Assembly: GCA_944387995.1 (NCBI GenBank)
Contig: CALXHB010000025.1
Span: forward strand, 5,458 to 69,457
Direction: 5' to 3'
Source: an uncultured Clostridia bacterium
GTDB lineage: Bacteria; Bacillota; Clostridia; Oscillospirales; Ruminococcaceae
DNA: 64,000 nucleotides
The first letter of the stretch is position 1. Each line of letters begins with the position of its first letter. The position numbers and the translations under genes are program-made. Positions 55,353 to 64,000 of the stretch are shown here, piece by piece. The notes beneath the pieces are model-generated. The model had not been told where the DNA came from, ran no database searches, and saw only the letters and a list, made by a program, of their open reading frames with translations.

Positions 55353-56687
55353 TTAAGATTTTGTTTCGGCGTTGACGTTCACCGTCTGGGGTGCCAACTG
55401 AACCAGCGCTTCCTCAACTCTGTGCTCCTTGACCGATTCGACGGTGATGTGGAGCGGTCCGGCGTCCAGCGCAAACTGGCTGTTGTCGGTAGGAATCTGG
55501 CCCAAAAGGCCGAAGATGTAGCCGCTGAAGGTGTCGTATTCGTCTACGGGCAGCGGTACCCCCAGGGCCTCCTGCACGTCGTCCAGCGTCGTCAGGCCCT
55601 GAATCTTCCAGCTGTTTTCGGTCAGCTGGACAATATCTTCCACCCGTTCGCCGTCCTCTTCCTCGTTGAGGTCGCCGACCAGCTGTTCAATCAGGTCTCT
55701 AAGGGTGATGATGCCATCCACCCCGCCGTACTCATCCAGTACAACGGCAAAGTAGTTGCCGCTCTTCTTCATATTGCGGAAGAGGACGTCTGCCTTGATG
55801 GTGTTGGGAACAAAGCTCGCCGGGCGAAGGGCCTTTTGGAGGATTTCCTGCTGCGAAAGACCCTCTCTGGAAAGGCGGAAATAATCCTTCGCGCTCAAAA
55901 CGCCTAGGATATCGTCGATGCTCTCCCCGCAGACCGGGAAGACCGAATGACGGCTCTCGTGGATGACATTTTCCCACTCCTCCACCGGGTCTTCTTTCCA
56001 CAGGACCGCTACGTCGGTGCGGTGGGTGCAGAGCTCTTCGACCGAAATATCGTTGAAGGCGAAAACGTTGTGAATCATTTCCTGTTCACTGGCTTCGATG
56101 ACGCCCTTTTCACTGCCGGCGTCGACCATCATCCGGATTTCCTCTTCCGAGACGTCGTCATCCTGCTGGTTGGGGTCGATGTGCAGAAGCCGCAGGACGC
56201 CGTTGGTGGAGGCGGTCAGCAGCCAAACCAGAGGGGTAAAGATTTTTGCAACCATGGACAGGGTACCCGCCATCGCCAACGCAATCTGCTCGGTGCGGGT
56301 CTGTGCCAGCCGTTTGGGCACCAGTTCGCCCAAGACCAGCGTAATATAGGACAGCAGGATGGTGATGATCAAAACCGCGATTGAACGGGGCAGCGGAACG
56401 CCGATTTTGGCCAGCAGGCCGATCAGCGAATCGGCGAAGTTGTCGGCCGCGTACGCACTTCCCAAGAAGCCCGACAGGGTAATCGCGATCTGGATGGTGG
56501 AGAGGAACTTGGTGGGGACTTCGGTCAGCTTTTTGAGCTTAGCTGCCCGTTTGTCACCCTCCTCGATCATCTTGTGCAGGTGGTTTTCGTTGACGGAAAT
56601 GACAGCGAGCTCAGCACAGGCAAAGTAGGCGTTTAAGCCTAACATGATCAGCTGCAACAGTATGGCCCATATCCATGAGTCGTTCAA
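55353..56687 (-). CDS. hemolysin/CNNM family protein (DUF21-CBS pair-CorC_HlyC)
   Basis: TM N-terminus LNAYFACAELA, a CBS pair and a C-terminal transporter-associated domain. TTG 56687 after AAGGAGG is preferred over TTG 56705. Confidence 0.8.
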   Translation of the reverse strand: MNDSWIWAILLQLIMLGLNAYFACAELAVISVNENHLHKMIEEGDKRAAKLKKLTEVPTKFLSTIQIAITLSGFLGSAYAADNFADSLIGLLAKIGVPLPRSIAVLIITILLSYITLVLGELVPKRLAQTRTEQIALAMAGTLSMVAKIFTPLVWLLTASTNGVLRLLHIDPNQQDDDVSEEEIRMMVDAGSEKGVIEASEQEMIHNVFAFNDISVEELCTHRTDVAVLWKEDPVEEWENVIHESRHSVFPVCGESIDDILGVLSAKDYFRLSREGLSQQEILQKALRPASFVPNTIKADVLFRNMKKSGNYFAVVLDEYGGVDGIITLRDLIEQLVGDLNEEEDGERVEDIVQLTENSWKIQGLTTLDDVQEALGVPLPVDEYDTFSGYIFGLLGQIPTDNSQFALDAGPLHITVESVKEHRVEEALVQLAPQTVNVNAETKS

Positions 56688-56912
56688 AATGGTTTCCTCC
56701 TTCAAAGTTTAAAACGTATGTGCATTGATTATATTATACCAGAAGCCGTTTTCCACCGCAAGCCGGGAATTTGCCCTTTTTTACCCGATTTTGCCCGGAT
56801 TAACCCTTGCCGGACCGCTGTCTCCGCCGGGCTAAACAAGGAAACAGCGGGGACGCGGGATTGCGGCGGCACGAAGAAATCCGCCGGAAAGCGCAATTTC
56901 CGACGGATTTCC

Positions 56913-57860
56913 CTAAATATTTTTCCAGCAGGCGGACAGATGTTCCTCTGCCACTGTCAAAAGTACTTTTCCCTTGGTCCGGCAACTTTCTTCCCGCTGG
57001 GGGCACCGTCCAAAGTAGGGGCAGAGGGACTGCCCGCTGTACGGCTCACCCTTAGCCGGCGGTTCTCCCCCGCCGGAAAGGGTGAAGATGGCTCCTAGAA
57101 GCGCCCGGGTGTAGGGATGAAGGGCGTTTTTCAAATCCCCCGCCGGCAGAACCTCCAGCGTATTCCCCTGATAGAGAACCACCACCCGGTCAGCCATCCG
57201 GGAAGCCAGAGCGAGGTCGTGGGTGATGAGCAGCATGGCCGCTCCGGTCTCCCGCTGGGCCTGCTTTAAAAGGGCGGCCACCTCCCCCTGGACTGCCGGG
57301 TCCAGGGCGCTGGTGGGCTCGTCGCAGATGAGCAGCCGCGGCTTGACCGCCAGAGCTCTCGCAATCATCACCCGCTGCAATTCTCCGCCGCTTAACTCAC
57401 CCGGTCGCCGGGATTTAACCGATTCCGGAAGGCCGACCCGCTCCAGCAGCCGGGCCGTTTCCCGCTCGACCTCCCCCCGGGGACAGAGCCGGTAGCACAA
57501 AAACGGTTCCCGCAAAAACGCTCCGATCTTCATCCGGGGACGGATAGCGGCGGAAGGGCTTTGGAGGACCAACTGAACCTCCCGCCGCATCTCCCGCCAG
57601 TCCCGGCGGGTAAACCGGCCAAAGTCCTTTCCGTCCAGCCGGATAACTCCATCTCCGCCCCGCAGGATTCCGGCGGCCAACCGGGAGAGGGTGGTCTTTC
57701 CGCTGCCCGACTCGCCGACTACCGCCACCGACTCGCCTGCCATCAGTGAGAGGTTAAAGTCCTGTAAAGCCGCTGTCTCTTCCCGTCCGGAGGGGTCAGA
57801 ATAACGAAATCCCACCCCTTCAAAGGACAAAATCTCCTCTGCCAACTTTACACCTCCCAT
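56913..57860 (-). CDS. ABC transporter ATP-binding protein (OppF/NikE-like)
   Basis: Walker A GESGSGKTT, signature LSGGELQR, Walker B LLICDEP. C-terminal Cys-containing extension. Confidence 0.85.
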   Translation of the reverse strand: MGGVKLAEEILSFEGVGFRYSDPSGREETAALQDFNLSLMAGESVAVVGESGSGKTTLSRLAAGILRGGDGVIRLDGKDFGRFTRRDWREMRREVQLVLQSPSAAIRPRMKIGAFLREPFLCYRLCPRGEVERETARLLERVGLPESVKSRRPGELSGGELQRVMIARALAVKPRLLICDEPTSALDPAVQGEVAALLKQAQRETGAAMLLITHDLALASRMADRVVVLYQGNTLEVLPAGDLKNALHPYTRALLGAIFTLSGGGEPPAKGEPYSGQSLCPYFGRCPQREESCRTKGKVLLTVAEEHLSACWKNI

Positions 57861-58633
57861 ACGCTTTCAATTAACCGCTTGGTATATCCTTCCTGGGGAC
57901 TGTGGATGATCTGTTCGGTGGGGCCATATTCGATCAAATGCCCCTTCTCCATCACCGCGATATAATCCCCCAGCGCCGCCGCCAGCCCCAGGTTGTGGGT
58001 CACCAGTAGCAGAGCGGTCCCCGCCTTTTGGTGGAGGTCCTTTAAATACCCCGCCACCTCCGCCTGGACCACCGGGTCAAGGGCGCTGGTGGGCTCGTCG
58101 CAGAGCAGGAGCTTGGGTTTCATCATCATCGCCATCCCGAGGGCCGCCCGCTGAAGTTGGCCCCCAGACAGTTCGAAGGAATAACGGCGAAAAAGGTCCC
58201 CGGGGTCCGAAAAGCCGAGGCCGGACAGGATTCCCCCAGCGGCGTCCAAAGCTTCCCGCTTTCCGCCGGCCCGATGGGCTTTATAGCTTTCCACAAACTG
58301 CATTCCCAGCTTGCGGCGGGGGTCAAAACAGGCGCCCGGGTCCTGGAAGACCATCGCCATCTCCCCGCCCCGGATTTCCCGCAGCCGCTTTTTCGAGAAG
58401 GTGGAAATCTCTTCCCCGTTAAACAGCACCCGGCCCTCCGCTTGTTCGCCGCCAGTGGGGAGCAGCCCCATCGCCAGCCGCAGCAAAGTCGACTTGCCGC
58501 TGCCCGATTCCCCTACAATGGCGGTCACCGCCTTTTCCGGCACCGGCAGGGTCAGTTTGTAAGCCGCCGGTTCGGTCCGGCCCCGATAGCGGACGGTGAC
58601 CTGGTCGTAAAAAAGAATATTCCGCCCACTCAT
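57848..58633 (-). CDS. ABC transporter ATP-binding protein (OppD/NikD-like)
   Basis: Walker A GESGSGKST, signature LSGGQLQR, Walker B LLLCDEP. Confidence 0.85.
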   Translation of the reverse strand: MSGRNILFYDQVTVRYRGRTEPAAYKLTLPVPEKAVTAIVGESGSGKSTLLRLAMGLLPTGGEQAEGRVLFNGEEISTFSKKRLREIRGGEMAMVFQDPGACFDPRRKLGMQFVESYKAHRAGGKREALDAAGGILSGLGFSDPGDLFRRYSFELSGGQLQRAALGMAMMMKPKLLLCDEPTSALDPVVQAEVAGYLKDLHQKAGTALLLVTHNLGLAAALGDYIAVMEKGHLIEYGPTEQIIHSPQEGYTKRLIESVWEV

Positions 58634-60201
58634 GACAGGGTGATGTCCTTTGTGACGATATAGTAATCAATCGGGAACTGCTCAGCTCCCTGCACCCGGG
58701 AACTGACGACGGTGTTGCCGTAGATGTACCCCACATAGAGGCTGCCCGCGTCCGCCAAAATCTGTTCACTGGCCTGCCGGGCCAGCTGCTGCCGCTCATC
58801 CGGGTCAAAGGTGGCGGTCAGGGTGTCAATCAGCGAATCCACCTCCGGGTTGGAATAATGCTGATAGTTGCTGCTGCCGCCGGTGTAATAGTGCTGCAAA
58901 AGGAAGACCTCCGGGTCGGCAGTGGGGGCGGTGGAATCGTTGGCGGAGCAGAAATCGTATTCCCCGGCCGCACGGATATCCGCCATGTTCTCGGTCTGGA
59001 CCAGGTTACAGCCCAGCCCTACCTCTAGCAGATCTGCCTGGAGAGCCTGAGCGATGAGGGCAGAGTCGCTGGAGCCGTGGTCGGCGGCGATGACATACTG
59101 AAACTGGATGTTCTCCCCGTCCTTCTCCCGGATGCCGTCCCCGTCGGTGTCCAGATAACCCATCGAATCCAGCAGCTGCTTCGCCGCTTCCGGGTCATAG
59201 GGATAGGCGTCCTCCACATCCTGTCCGCAAACCAGGGCGGTGGAATAGAGGCCGGTGGCCGGCGCGCAGCCGATCAAAGAGGCGTAGGTATCCTTGTCAG
59301 CGGCATAGGAAACCGCCTGCCGCATTTTTACATCCGACAAAAGAGGACTTGCATTATTATAGTAAACCACATTGACGCGGGGGGTGATCGTCTCGTAAAC
59401 GGTGTAGCGGCTCTCATCGGAAAAGAGCTGCAAAGAGGTATTGTCGATGGTGGTGGTGAGGTCCGCTTCCCCCGCCTGCATCGCCAGCACCCGGCTCTCA
59501 GAATCGGGGACAGAGTAGACGCTGACACCACTTACCCCCGGAGTGCCGTCCCAATACTGGTCGTTTCGGCTGAGTTCCACCGATTGTTCCGGGGTAAACG
59601 CCGTCACCTGATAGGGCCCGGTAGTCACCGGAGCGGTATCCATCGTATCCTCATCCACCTCGGTGTCCACGATGGTAAAGAGGGGCTCCGCCAGGTTGTA
59701 GACCAAAGTGCCGTTGGGGGTGGAGGTGTGGATGGTGAGGGTCTGCCCCTCCGCCTCGATGGAAGAAGGAGAGAAATACTCCTCCGCCCGGATGTTCTCT
59801 TCAAAAGCCCGCTCGATAGCTGCTTTGCAGGCGGCCGCGTCCACCGGCTTGCCGTTGGAGAAGGTGACCCCTTCCCGAATCTGAAAGACCCAGGTGTTTT
59901 CGTCGGTCTGCTGCCAGCTTTCGGCAATGCAGCCCTCCGGCTGGGCGTTCTCATTCAGCCGCACCAGCGTTTCCCCTGCCCCAATCCGGGAGAGCACCCA
60001 GCCGTTGTACCCATCCGCCGGGTCTAGGTTGGTGCTGACCCAGAACATAGCCACCCGGAGAATATCACTCGAAGCGGCGTCCGAAGAAACAGCCGCCGTT
60101 TCTTCCGCACCACCGCCGCAGCCGGAAAGGGCGGTTGCCGCCAACAGGGCCGTTAAGAGGCCCGCAACCCATTTTCGTTTTTCGCTATTTACTTTCATCA
60201 T
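58630..60201 (-). CDS. ABC substrate-binding lipoprotein, family 5 (peptide/nickel/opine type)
   Basis: Start refined to MMKVNSEKRKWVAGLLTALLAATALSGCGGG (lipobox). SBP_bac_5-like body. Confidence 0.8.
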   Translation of the reverse strand: MMKVNSEKRKWVAGLLTALLAATALSGCGGGAEETAAVSSDAASSDILRVAMFWVSTNLDPADGYNGWVLSRIGAGETLVRLNENAQPEGCIAESWQQTDENTWVFQIREGVTFSNGKPVDAAACKAAIERAFEENIRAEEYFSPSSIEAEGQTLTIHTSTPNGTLVYNLAEPLFTIVDTEVDEDTMDTAPVTTGPYQVTAFTPEQSVELSRNDQYWDGTPGVSGVSVYSVPDSESRVLAMQAGEADLTTTIDNTSLQLFSDESRYTVYETITPRVNVVYYNNASPLLSDVKMRQAVSYAADKDTYASLIGCAPATGLYSTALVCGQDVEDAYPYDPEAAKQLLDSMGYLDTDGDGIREKDGENIQFQYVIAADHGSSDSALIAQALQADLLEVGLGCNLVQTENMADIRAAGEYDFCSANDSTAPTADPEVFLLQHYYTGGSSNYQHYSNPEVDSLIDTLTATFDPDERQQLARQASEQILADAGSLYVGYIYGNTVVSSRVQGAEQFPIDYYIVTKDITLS

Positions 60202-60255
60202 GTACCTCAATTCTATTGCAATCCTCCGGACCACCGGAGGCCGTAACCATTTTAT

Positions 60256-61080
60256 TTAACGGCAAGAGGGGTCCAGCATATCCCGCACACTGTCCCCCAA
60301 CAGGTTAAAGACAATGACGGTGATGAGCAGTGCCAACCCCGGAAACAGCATCATCCAGGGAGCCGTCTGCATATAAGTCCGGCTTTCGTAGAGCATGTAC
60401 CCCCATTCGGGCGCTGGTGGCTGGGCCGCCAGCCCCAGAAAGGACAGCCCCGCCAGGGACATCATCATGTTGCCGATATCCAGCGAGATGGTCGTCACCA
60501 CCTGAGGAACCACCTCCGGGAGGATATACCGCAGCAAAATCCGCCCCTCCCCGGCCCCACCGAACCGGGCCTGCCAGATAAAATCCCGCTCCCGCAGCTG
60601 CATCGCGGCGGCTCGGGTCAGACGGGCGTACCGGGTCCACCAGACCAGTCCCAGGGCAAAAACCGTATTCAAAACCCCGGCTCCCAAGATGCCCGCCACT
60701 GCAATGGCAAAAACCGAGGAAGGAAACGCTAGGAAAACATCGGTCACCCGGCTGAGCAGGCTGTCGGTAAACCCGCCGCAGCAACCTGCCATCAGTCCCA
60801 CCGCGGTGCCGATTAGCGCCGCCAGCAGCACCATCAAAAAGGTGAGGGAAAATGAGCTCCCCGCCCCCGCCAGAATCCGGGAGAAGACATCCCGCCCCAG
60901 CTTGTCGGTTCCGCACAGATGCTCCCAGGAAGGGGGCTGCAACGAGGCGGATGCGTCCCCCAAAAGGGGGTCCTGGGGGGCAATGTACGGCCCCAATACC
61001 GCCAGCAGCACCAACCCTCCGGCCAACACCGCCAGCAGGATAAACCGCAGCCGTTTGCCGGTTAAACCTTTCGCCGTCAT
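60256..61080 (-). CDS. ABC transporter permease (DppC/NikC-like)
   Basis: Start refined to MTAKGLTGKRLRF, overlapping the upstream permease stop by 4 nt. 6-TM BPD_transp_1-like. Confidence 0.8.
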   Translation of the reverse strand: MTAKGLTGKRLRFILLAVLAGGLVLLAVLGPYIAPQDPLLGDASASLQPPSWEHLCGTDKLGRDVFSRILAGAGSSFSLTFLMVLLAALIGTAVGLMAGCCGGFTDSLLSRVTDVFLAFPSSVFAIAVAGILGAGVLNTVFALGLVWWTRYARLTRAAAMQLRERDFIWQARFGGAGEGRILLRYILPEVVPQVVTTISLDIGNMMMSLAGLSFLGLAAQPPAPEWGYMLYESRTYMQTAPWMMLFPGLALLITVIVFNLLGDSVRDMLDPSCR

Positions 61081-62081
61081 TTTGCTCCCTCCTTTCGGAC
61101 ATTCCGCCGCCAAAATCCTTTTTGACGCTGCCGCGGGTCCAACAGGCAGCAAACCAGATCGGTCACCAGCCCGGCCAACAGATAGATCACCGCCATCCAG
61201 AGGACATACCCCTGTATCACCGGGTAATCCCGCACCCGGATGGCATCCACCACCATGCTGCCCAGCCCAGGCCAGCCAAAAATCGTCTCGACAATCGCGG
61301 CTCCGCCCAGCAGGCTCCCCACCGACATCCCCGCCAGGGTGACAATCGGACTGAGAGCCCCCGACAGCAGGTGGGAGAAAAAGATTCTCCACCCGGGGAT
61401 TCCCCGGGCTTTCAGGCCGATGTAATAGTCCTTCCCCATCTCTTCCAGAAAAGCAGTCCGAATCTGGCGGACATAACTACAGGAAAGAGGGAGGGCAAGG
61501 GTCAGCACCGGCAGCGCCATGCTCTTTAAAACTCCCGTCCCGATCACCGGGAAAAGTCCCAGCTGAACCGCCAGAAAGTATAACAGCAGCAGGGCCAGCC
61601 AAAAGTTGGGCACCGACACCCCTACGAAAGAGATCGCCCGGATGAGAAGGTCGCTTACCTTCCCCCGCCGGACCGCCGCCAAAGCTCCCAGCGGCAGTGA
61701 CAAGAGTGCGGTCAGCAAAAACGCCGCCCCCGCCAGGGCCAGGGTGTTGGGGAGCTTGCGAGTCAGCTGACGGAGAACGCTTTCCCCAAAGTTATAGGAC
61801 TCCCCTAAATCCCCCCGCAGAAGGTTTTGCAGCCAGTGAAGGTACTGCACCAAAAGCGGCTGGTTTAAGCCCATCTGTTCCCGGGTCTCCTCCAATAGCT
61901 GGGGGCTGGGGGTGATGCCCCGGGAGAGGTAGTACATCTCCGCCCCGTCGCTGGGGGCAAGAGAGCTAACCACAAAGGTGAGAAAACTAACCCCCAGCAG
62001 CACCAGCAGAAAGGAGATAAGCCGCGAAAGGATAAAATGCCGTTTCCAAAACCGGGCGAAGGGGCTTGTCCGGCGGGTCAT
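61077..62081 (-). CDS. ABC transporter permease (DppB/NikB-like)
   Basis: 334 aa of typical DppB-type TM protein. Its start overlaps the methyltransferase stop by 4 nt. Confidence 0.8.
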   Translation of the reverse strand: MTRRTSPFARFWKRHFILSRLISFLLVLLGVSFLTFVVSSLAPSDGAEMYYLSRGITPSPQLLEETREQMGLNQPLLVQYLHWLQNLLRGDLGESYNFGESVLRQLTRKLPNTLALAGAAFLLTALLSLPLGALAAVRRGKVSDLLIRAISFVGVSVPNFWLALLLLYFLAVQLGLFPVIGTGVLKSMALPVLTLALPLSCSYVRQIRTAFLEEMGKDYYIGLKARGIPGWRIFFSHLLSGALSPIVTLAGMSVGSLLGGAAIVETIFGWPGLGSMVVDAIRVRDYPVIQGYVLWMAVIYLLAGLVTDLVCCLLDPRQRQKGFWRRNVRKEGAK

Positions 62082-62806
62082 TCCTTCACCGCCGTGAGGA
62101 TAAATTTATAGACCACTTCTCCGCCGTTTGCCGCCGGATTCTTCCAGACTCGGACAAGAGAAGGTTCCATCCCGAGCGCCTTCAGCTGGGTAAAATCCCA
62201 CTCCGGCCGCCGGTGACGGGAGAGGGGCAGGTCCAGGGCCACCCGGTCAATCACCGAAACGTCGATGCCTTCCATATGCTTGTGATCGCTGCCGGAGGAA
62301 TGGGGAGCGTAGGCGGGATCGTTATAGTGGAGGTAGTAGTTGCCGTCCATCAAAATCAGCCTTCCGCCCGGCCGCAACAGTTTACTCCAATTTTCATAGG
62401 CCTCCGCCGGATACTCGAGGTTCCAAAGAAGATTGCGGCTGACAATTAGGTCAAAGCTCTCCTCCTTAAAGTCGGGAGAAACCGCGTCCCCGATTCCCAC
62501 AGCGGCATTCGCCTGAACAGAAGCGATGTTCTGCCGGGCCTGGCGCAGCATTCCCTCGGAACAGTCGATACCGGTTACCTGGTAGCCGTGGCTCCCCAAT
62601 AGCGCCTCAAAAAATCCCGGCCCGCAACCGATGTCCAGCACCCGGGGATAATCCGCAGCCGGCGCCAGCTGCTCCACTGTCCCCAGCCAGTTTTCCCCGG
62701 TCTCCCCCGCCAACTGCTCCTGCACGTCCATCGAGTAGCCCTCCGCCCGCTGGTCCCAATAGCCGCTGACGGTCTGTAAAAGTGTGGTTTCGGTCTGATG
62801 CCCCAT
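62078..62806 (-). CDS. class I SAM-dependent methyltransferase
   Basis: Motif I VLDIGCGPG and a post-I acidic residue. 242 aa. First gene of the ABC operon. Confidence 0.8.
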   Translation of the reverse strand: MGHQTETTLLQTVSGYWDQRAEGYSMDVQEQLAGETGENWLGTVEQLAPAADYPRVLDIGCGPGFFEALLGSHGYQVTGIDCSEGMLRQARQNIASVQANAAVGIGDAVSPDFKEESFDLIVSRNLLWNLEYPAEAYENWSKLLRPGGRLILMDGNYYLHYNDPAYAPHSSGSDHKHMEGIDVSVIDRVALDLPLSRHRRPEWDFTQLKALGMEPSLVRVWKNPAANGGEVVYKFILTAVKE

Positions 62807-62884
62807 ATGTTTTTCTCTCCTTTATCGAAACTAAACCCTGTCCGCCGGAAAGGGGCGTTTCCCCTTTCATCCGGTTTTTCGGAC

Positions 62885-62928
62885 AAAAAAAGGCTGCCAT
62901 TCCCGCCTTTCTGGTGGGAACAGCAGCC
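62885..62928 (-). terminator. leader terminator upstream of the methyltransferase-ABC operon
   Basis: Minus strand: GGCTGCTGTTCCC...GGGAATGGCAGCC followed by TTTTTTT, about 80 nt before the start codon. Confidence 0.6.
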
Positions 62929-63122
62929 TTCTGGTCTGCAAATCCAAAATATCCTTTTGACTTTTCTGCCCGGCTTCGGCCGTGGGGTGGACGCTTCGGC
63001 GTCCGGTTTGCGGCAATCAAATGGATGTTGATACCATTATAACCGCTGAAGTGGACTCCAAGTCAAGATTTTGAGAGAAATTCGGATTTTTAGCCTTAAA
63101 AGGAAAGAATTATATAGAATTT

Positions 63123-64000
63123 TTATACAATCTGGCAGGGATAGTGCTTTCCCTCGGCGAAAGCCAGCAGGCTCTCGATGCCGCAGGTGACCATGCTGTC
63201 CACCGCTTCGGCGGTGTAGAAGGCCATATGCTGGGTCATGATGACGTTGGGGAACTGCCGCAGGTAAGCCATATCCCGGTTTTTGATGATGTCGGTCCGG
63301 CGGTCGTGGTGATAAATTCCGTCCTCGTCGGCGAAGACGTCCAGGGCCACCCCGCCCAGTTTCTGATTTTCGATGGCGTGGATGATGGCGGTGATGTCCA
63401 TCAGCTCGCCCCGGGCGCAGTTGATAATCAAAGCTTCCGGTTTCATCTGGGCAATCGACTCTTCGTTGATCATAAACCGGGTGGAGTCCAAAAGCGGGGT
63501 GTGGAGGGTGATGATATCGCTTTCGTTATACAGCTCCGTCAGGGATACATATTTCCCGAGAGCCGCCGCCTCCGGCCGCTCGTGTACATCGTAGCAGAGC
63601 ATCTTGCAGCCGAAGCCCGAAAGGTTCTGCATGACGGTGAGGCCAATTCGACCGGTACCGACGATTCCCACCGTGAGTCCCCGCAATTCCCGGCCCATCA
63701 GGCCGCCGAGGGAATAGTCGTTGACCTGCTGCCGCCAGAGTGCAGGTTTATATTTACGCAGCAGCATCAGCATCAGCATAACGGTGTAATCGGCGACACC
63801 GTGGGGGGAGTAGCTGGCGTTGGAAACCGAGAACCCCAGCTCCCGAGCGGCGGCAAGGTCGATGTGGTTGACGCCGATGCAGCGGGATGAATAGGTGTGA
63901 ATGCCCATTTTAGCCAACTGCTCAAAGATCATCCGGTTCATGTGAGAATGTCCGATGGTGGAAACACCGTCCGCCCCTTCGGCCAGGTAGAGGGTCTCGG
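63123..64000 (-). CDS. D-isomer-specific 2-hydroxyacid dehydrogenase (D-lactate dehydrogenase-like), N-terminus beyond the window
   Basis: The frame stays open to position 64000. NAD motif GIVGTGRIG and a catalytic region ...MTQHMAFYT. Confidence 0.8.
   Translation of the reverse strand, partial: ETLYLAEGADGVSTIGHSHMNRMIFEQLAKMGIHTYSSRCIGVNHIDLAAARELGFSVSNASYSPHGVADYTVMLMLMLLRKYKPALWRQQVNDYSLGGLMGRELRGLTVGIVGTGRIGLTVMQNLSGFGCKMLCYDVHERPEAAALGKYVSLTELYNESDIITLHTPLLDSTRFMINEESIAQMKPEALIINCARGELMDITAIIHAIENQKLGGVALDVFADEDGIYHHDRRTDIIKNRDMAYLRQFPNVIMTQHMAFYTAEAVDSMVTCGIESLLAFAEGKHYPCQIV

Noticed and set aside
60256-61392. Long N-terminal extensions in track ORFs. Examples: the 378-aa form of the permease, 15121 for hxlR, 12573 for alaS, 42697 for rimO, 46640 for DUF1385, 27449 for the lipoprotein and 24816 for GH32.
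   Set aside because: The extensions overlap upstream genes, terminators or promoters and lack an RBS. Internal starts give canonical N-termini with good RBSs.

Overview
This is a 64-kb chromosomal segment from a GC-rich Firmicute (high-50s % GC, estimated by eye). Gene content looks like Clostridia (Oscillospiraceae/Ruminococcaceae-like), which is inference only; no searches were possible. I support about 60 protein genes, mostly on the minus strand and mostly housekeeping. They include cysteine desulfurase-thiI, alaS behind a T-box, a ddl/murF-like pair, miaB, cysE-cysS, pgsA, rimO, recX-recA, prmC, an ECF sigma/anti-sigma pair, a two-component system, ggt and an Opp/Nik-type ABC importer. 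There are four tRNA genes: Ser-GGA, Val-GAC twice and Val-CAC. I saw no rRNA, CRISPR array, transposase, integrase or recognisable defence system. The stand-out locus is 14.6-19.4 kb. An HxlR-type regulator lies divergent from a tightly coupled plus-strand operon. The operon encodes (1) a 67-aa Cys-rich peptide with three tandem 17-aa repeats (SACGSACGAADKPEEKP), (2) a radical SAM/SPASM enzyme, (3) a nitroreductase, (4) a PNPOx-like/2x[4Fe-4S] fusion, (5) a macrodomain hydrolase and (6) a class-M-like sirtuin with Gln in place of the catalytic His. Macro/SirTM pairs normally accompany GcvH-L and LplA2; here a repeat peptide and its rSAM maturase occupy that place. I flag this as a candidate undescribed redox/ADP-ribosylation module. 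Smaller curiosities are also reported:
- a duplicated tRNA-Ser 3' end plus terminator;
- an 81-bp perfect tRNA-Val direct repeat bracketing a 1.4-kb cassette;
- an orphan sORF/terminator unit;
- an unclassified terminator-containing leader in front of a methyltransferase-ABC operon;
- a membrane-anchored MurF-like ligase next to a long Ddl;
- several unusual protein tails.
Gene starts were refined by eye from RBS context and are approximate.
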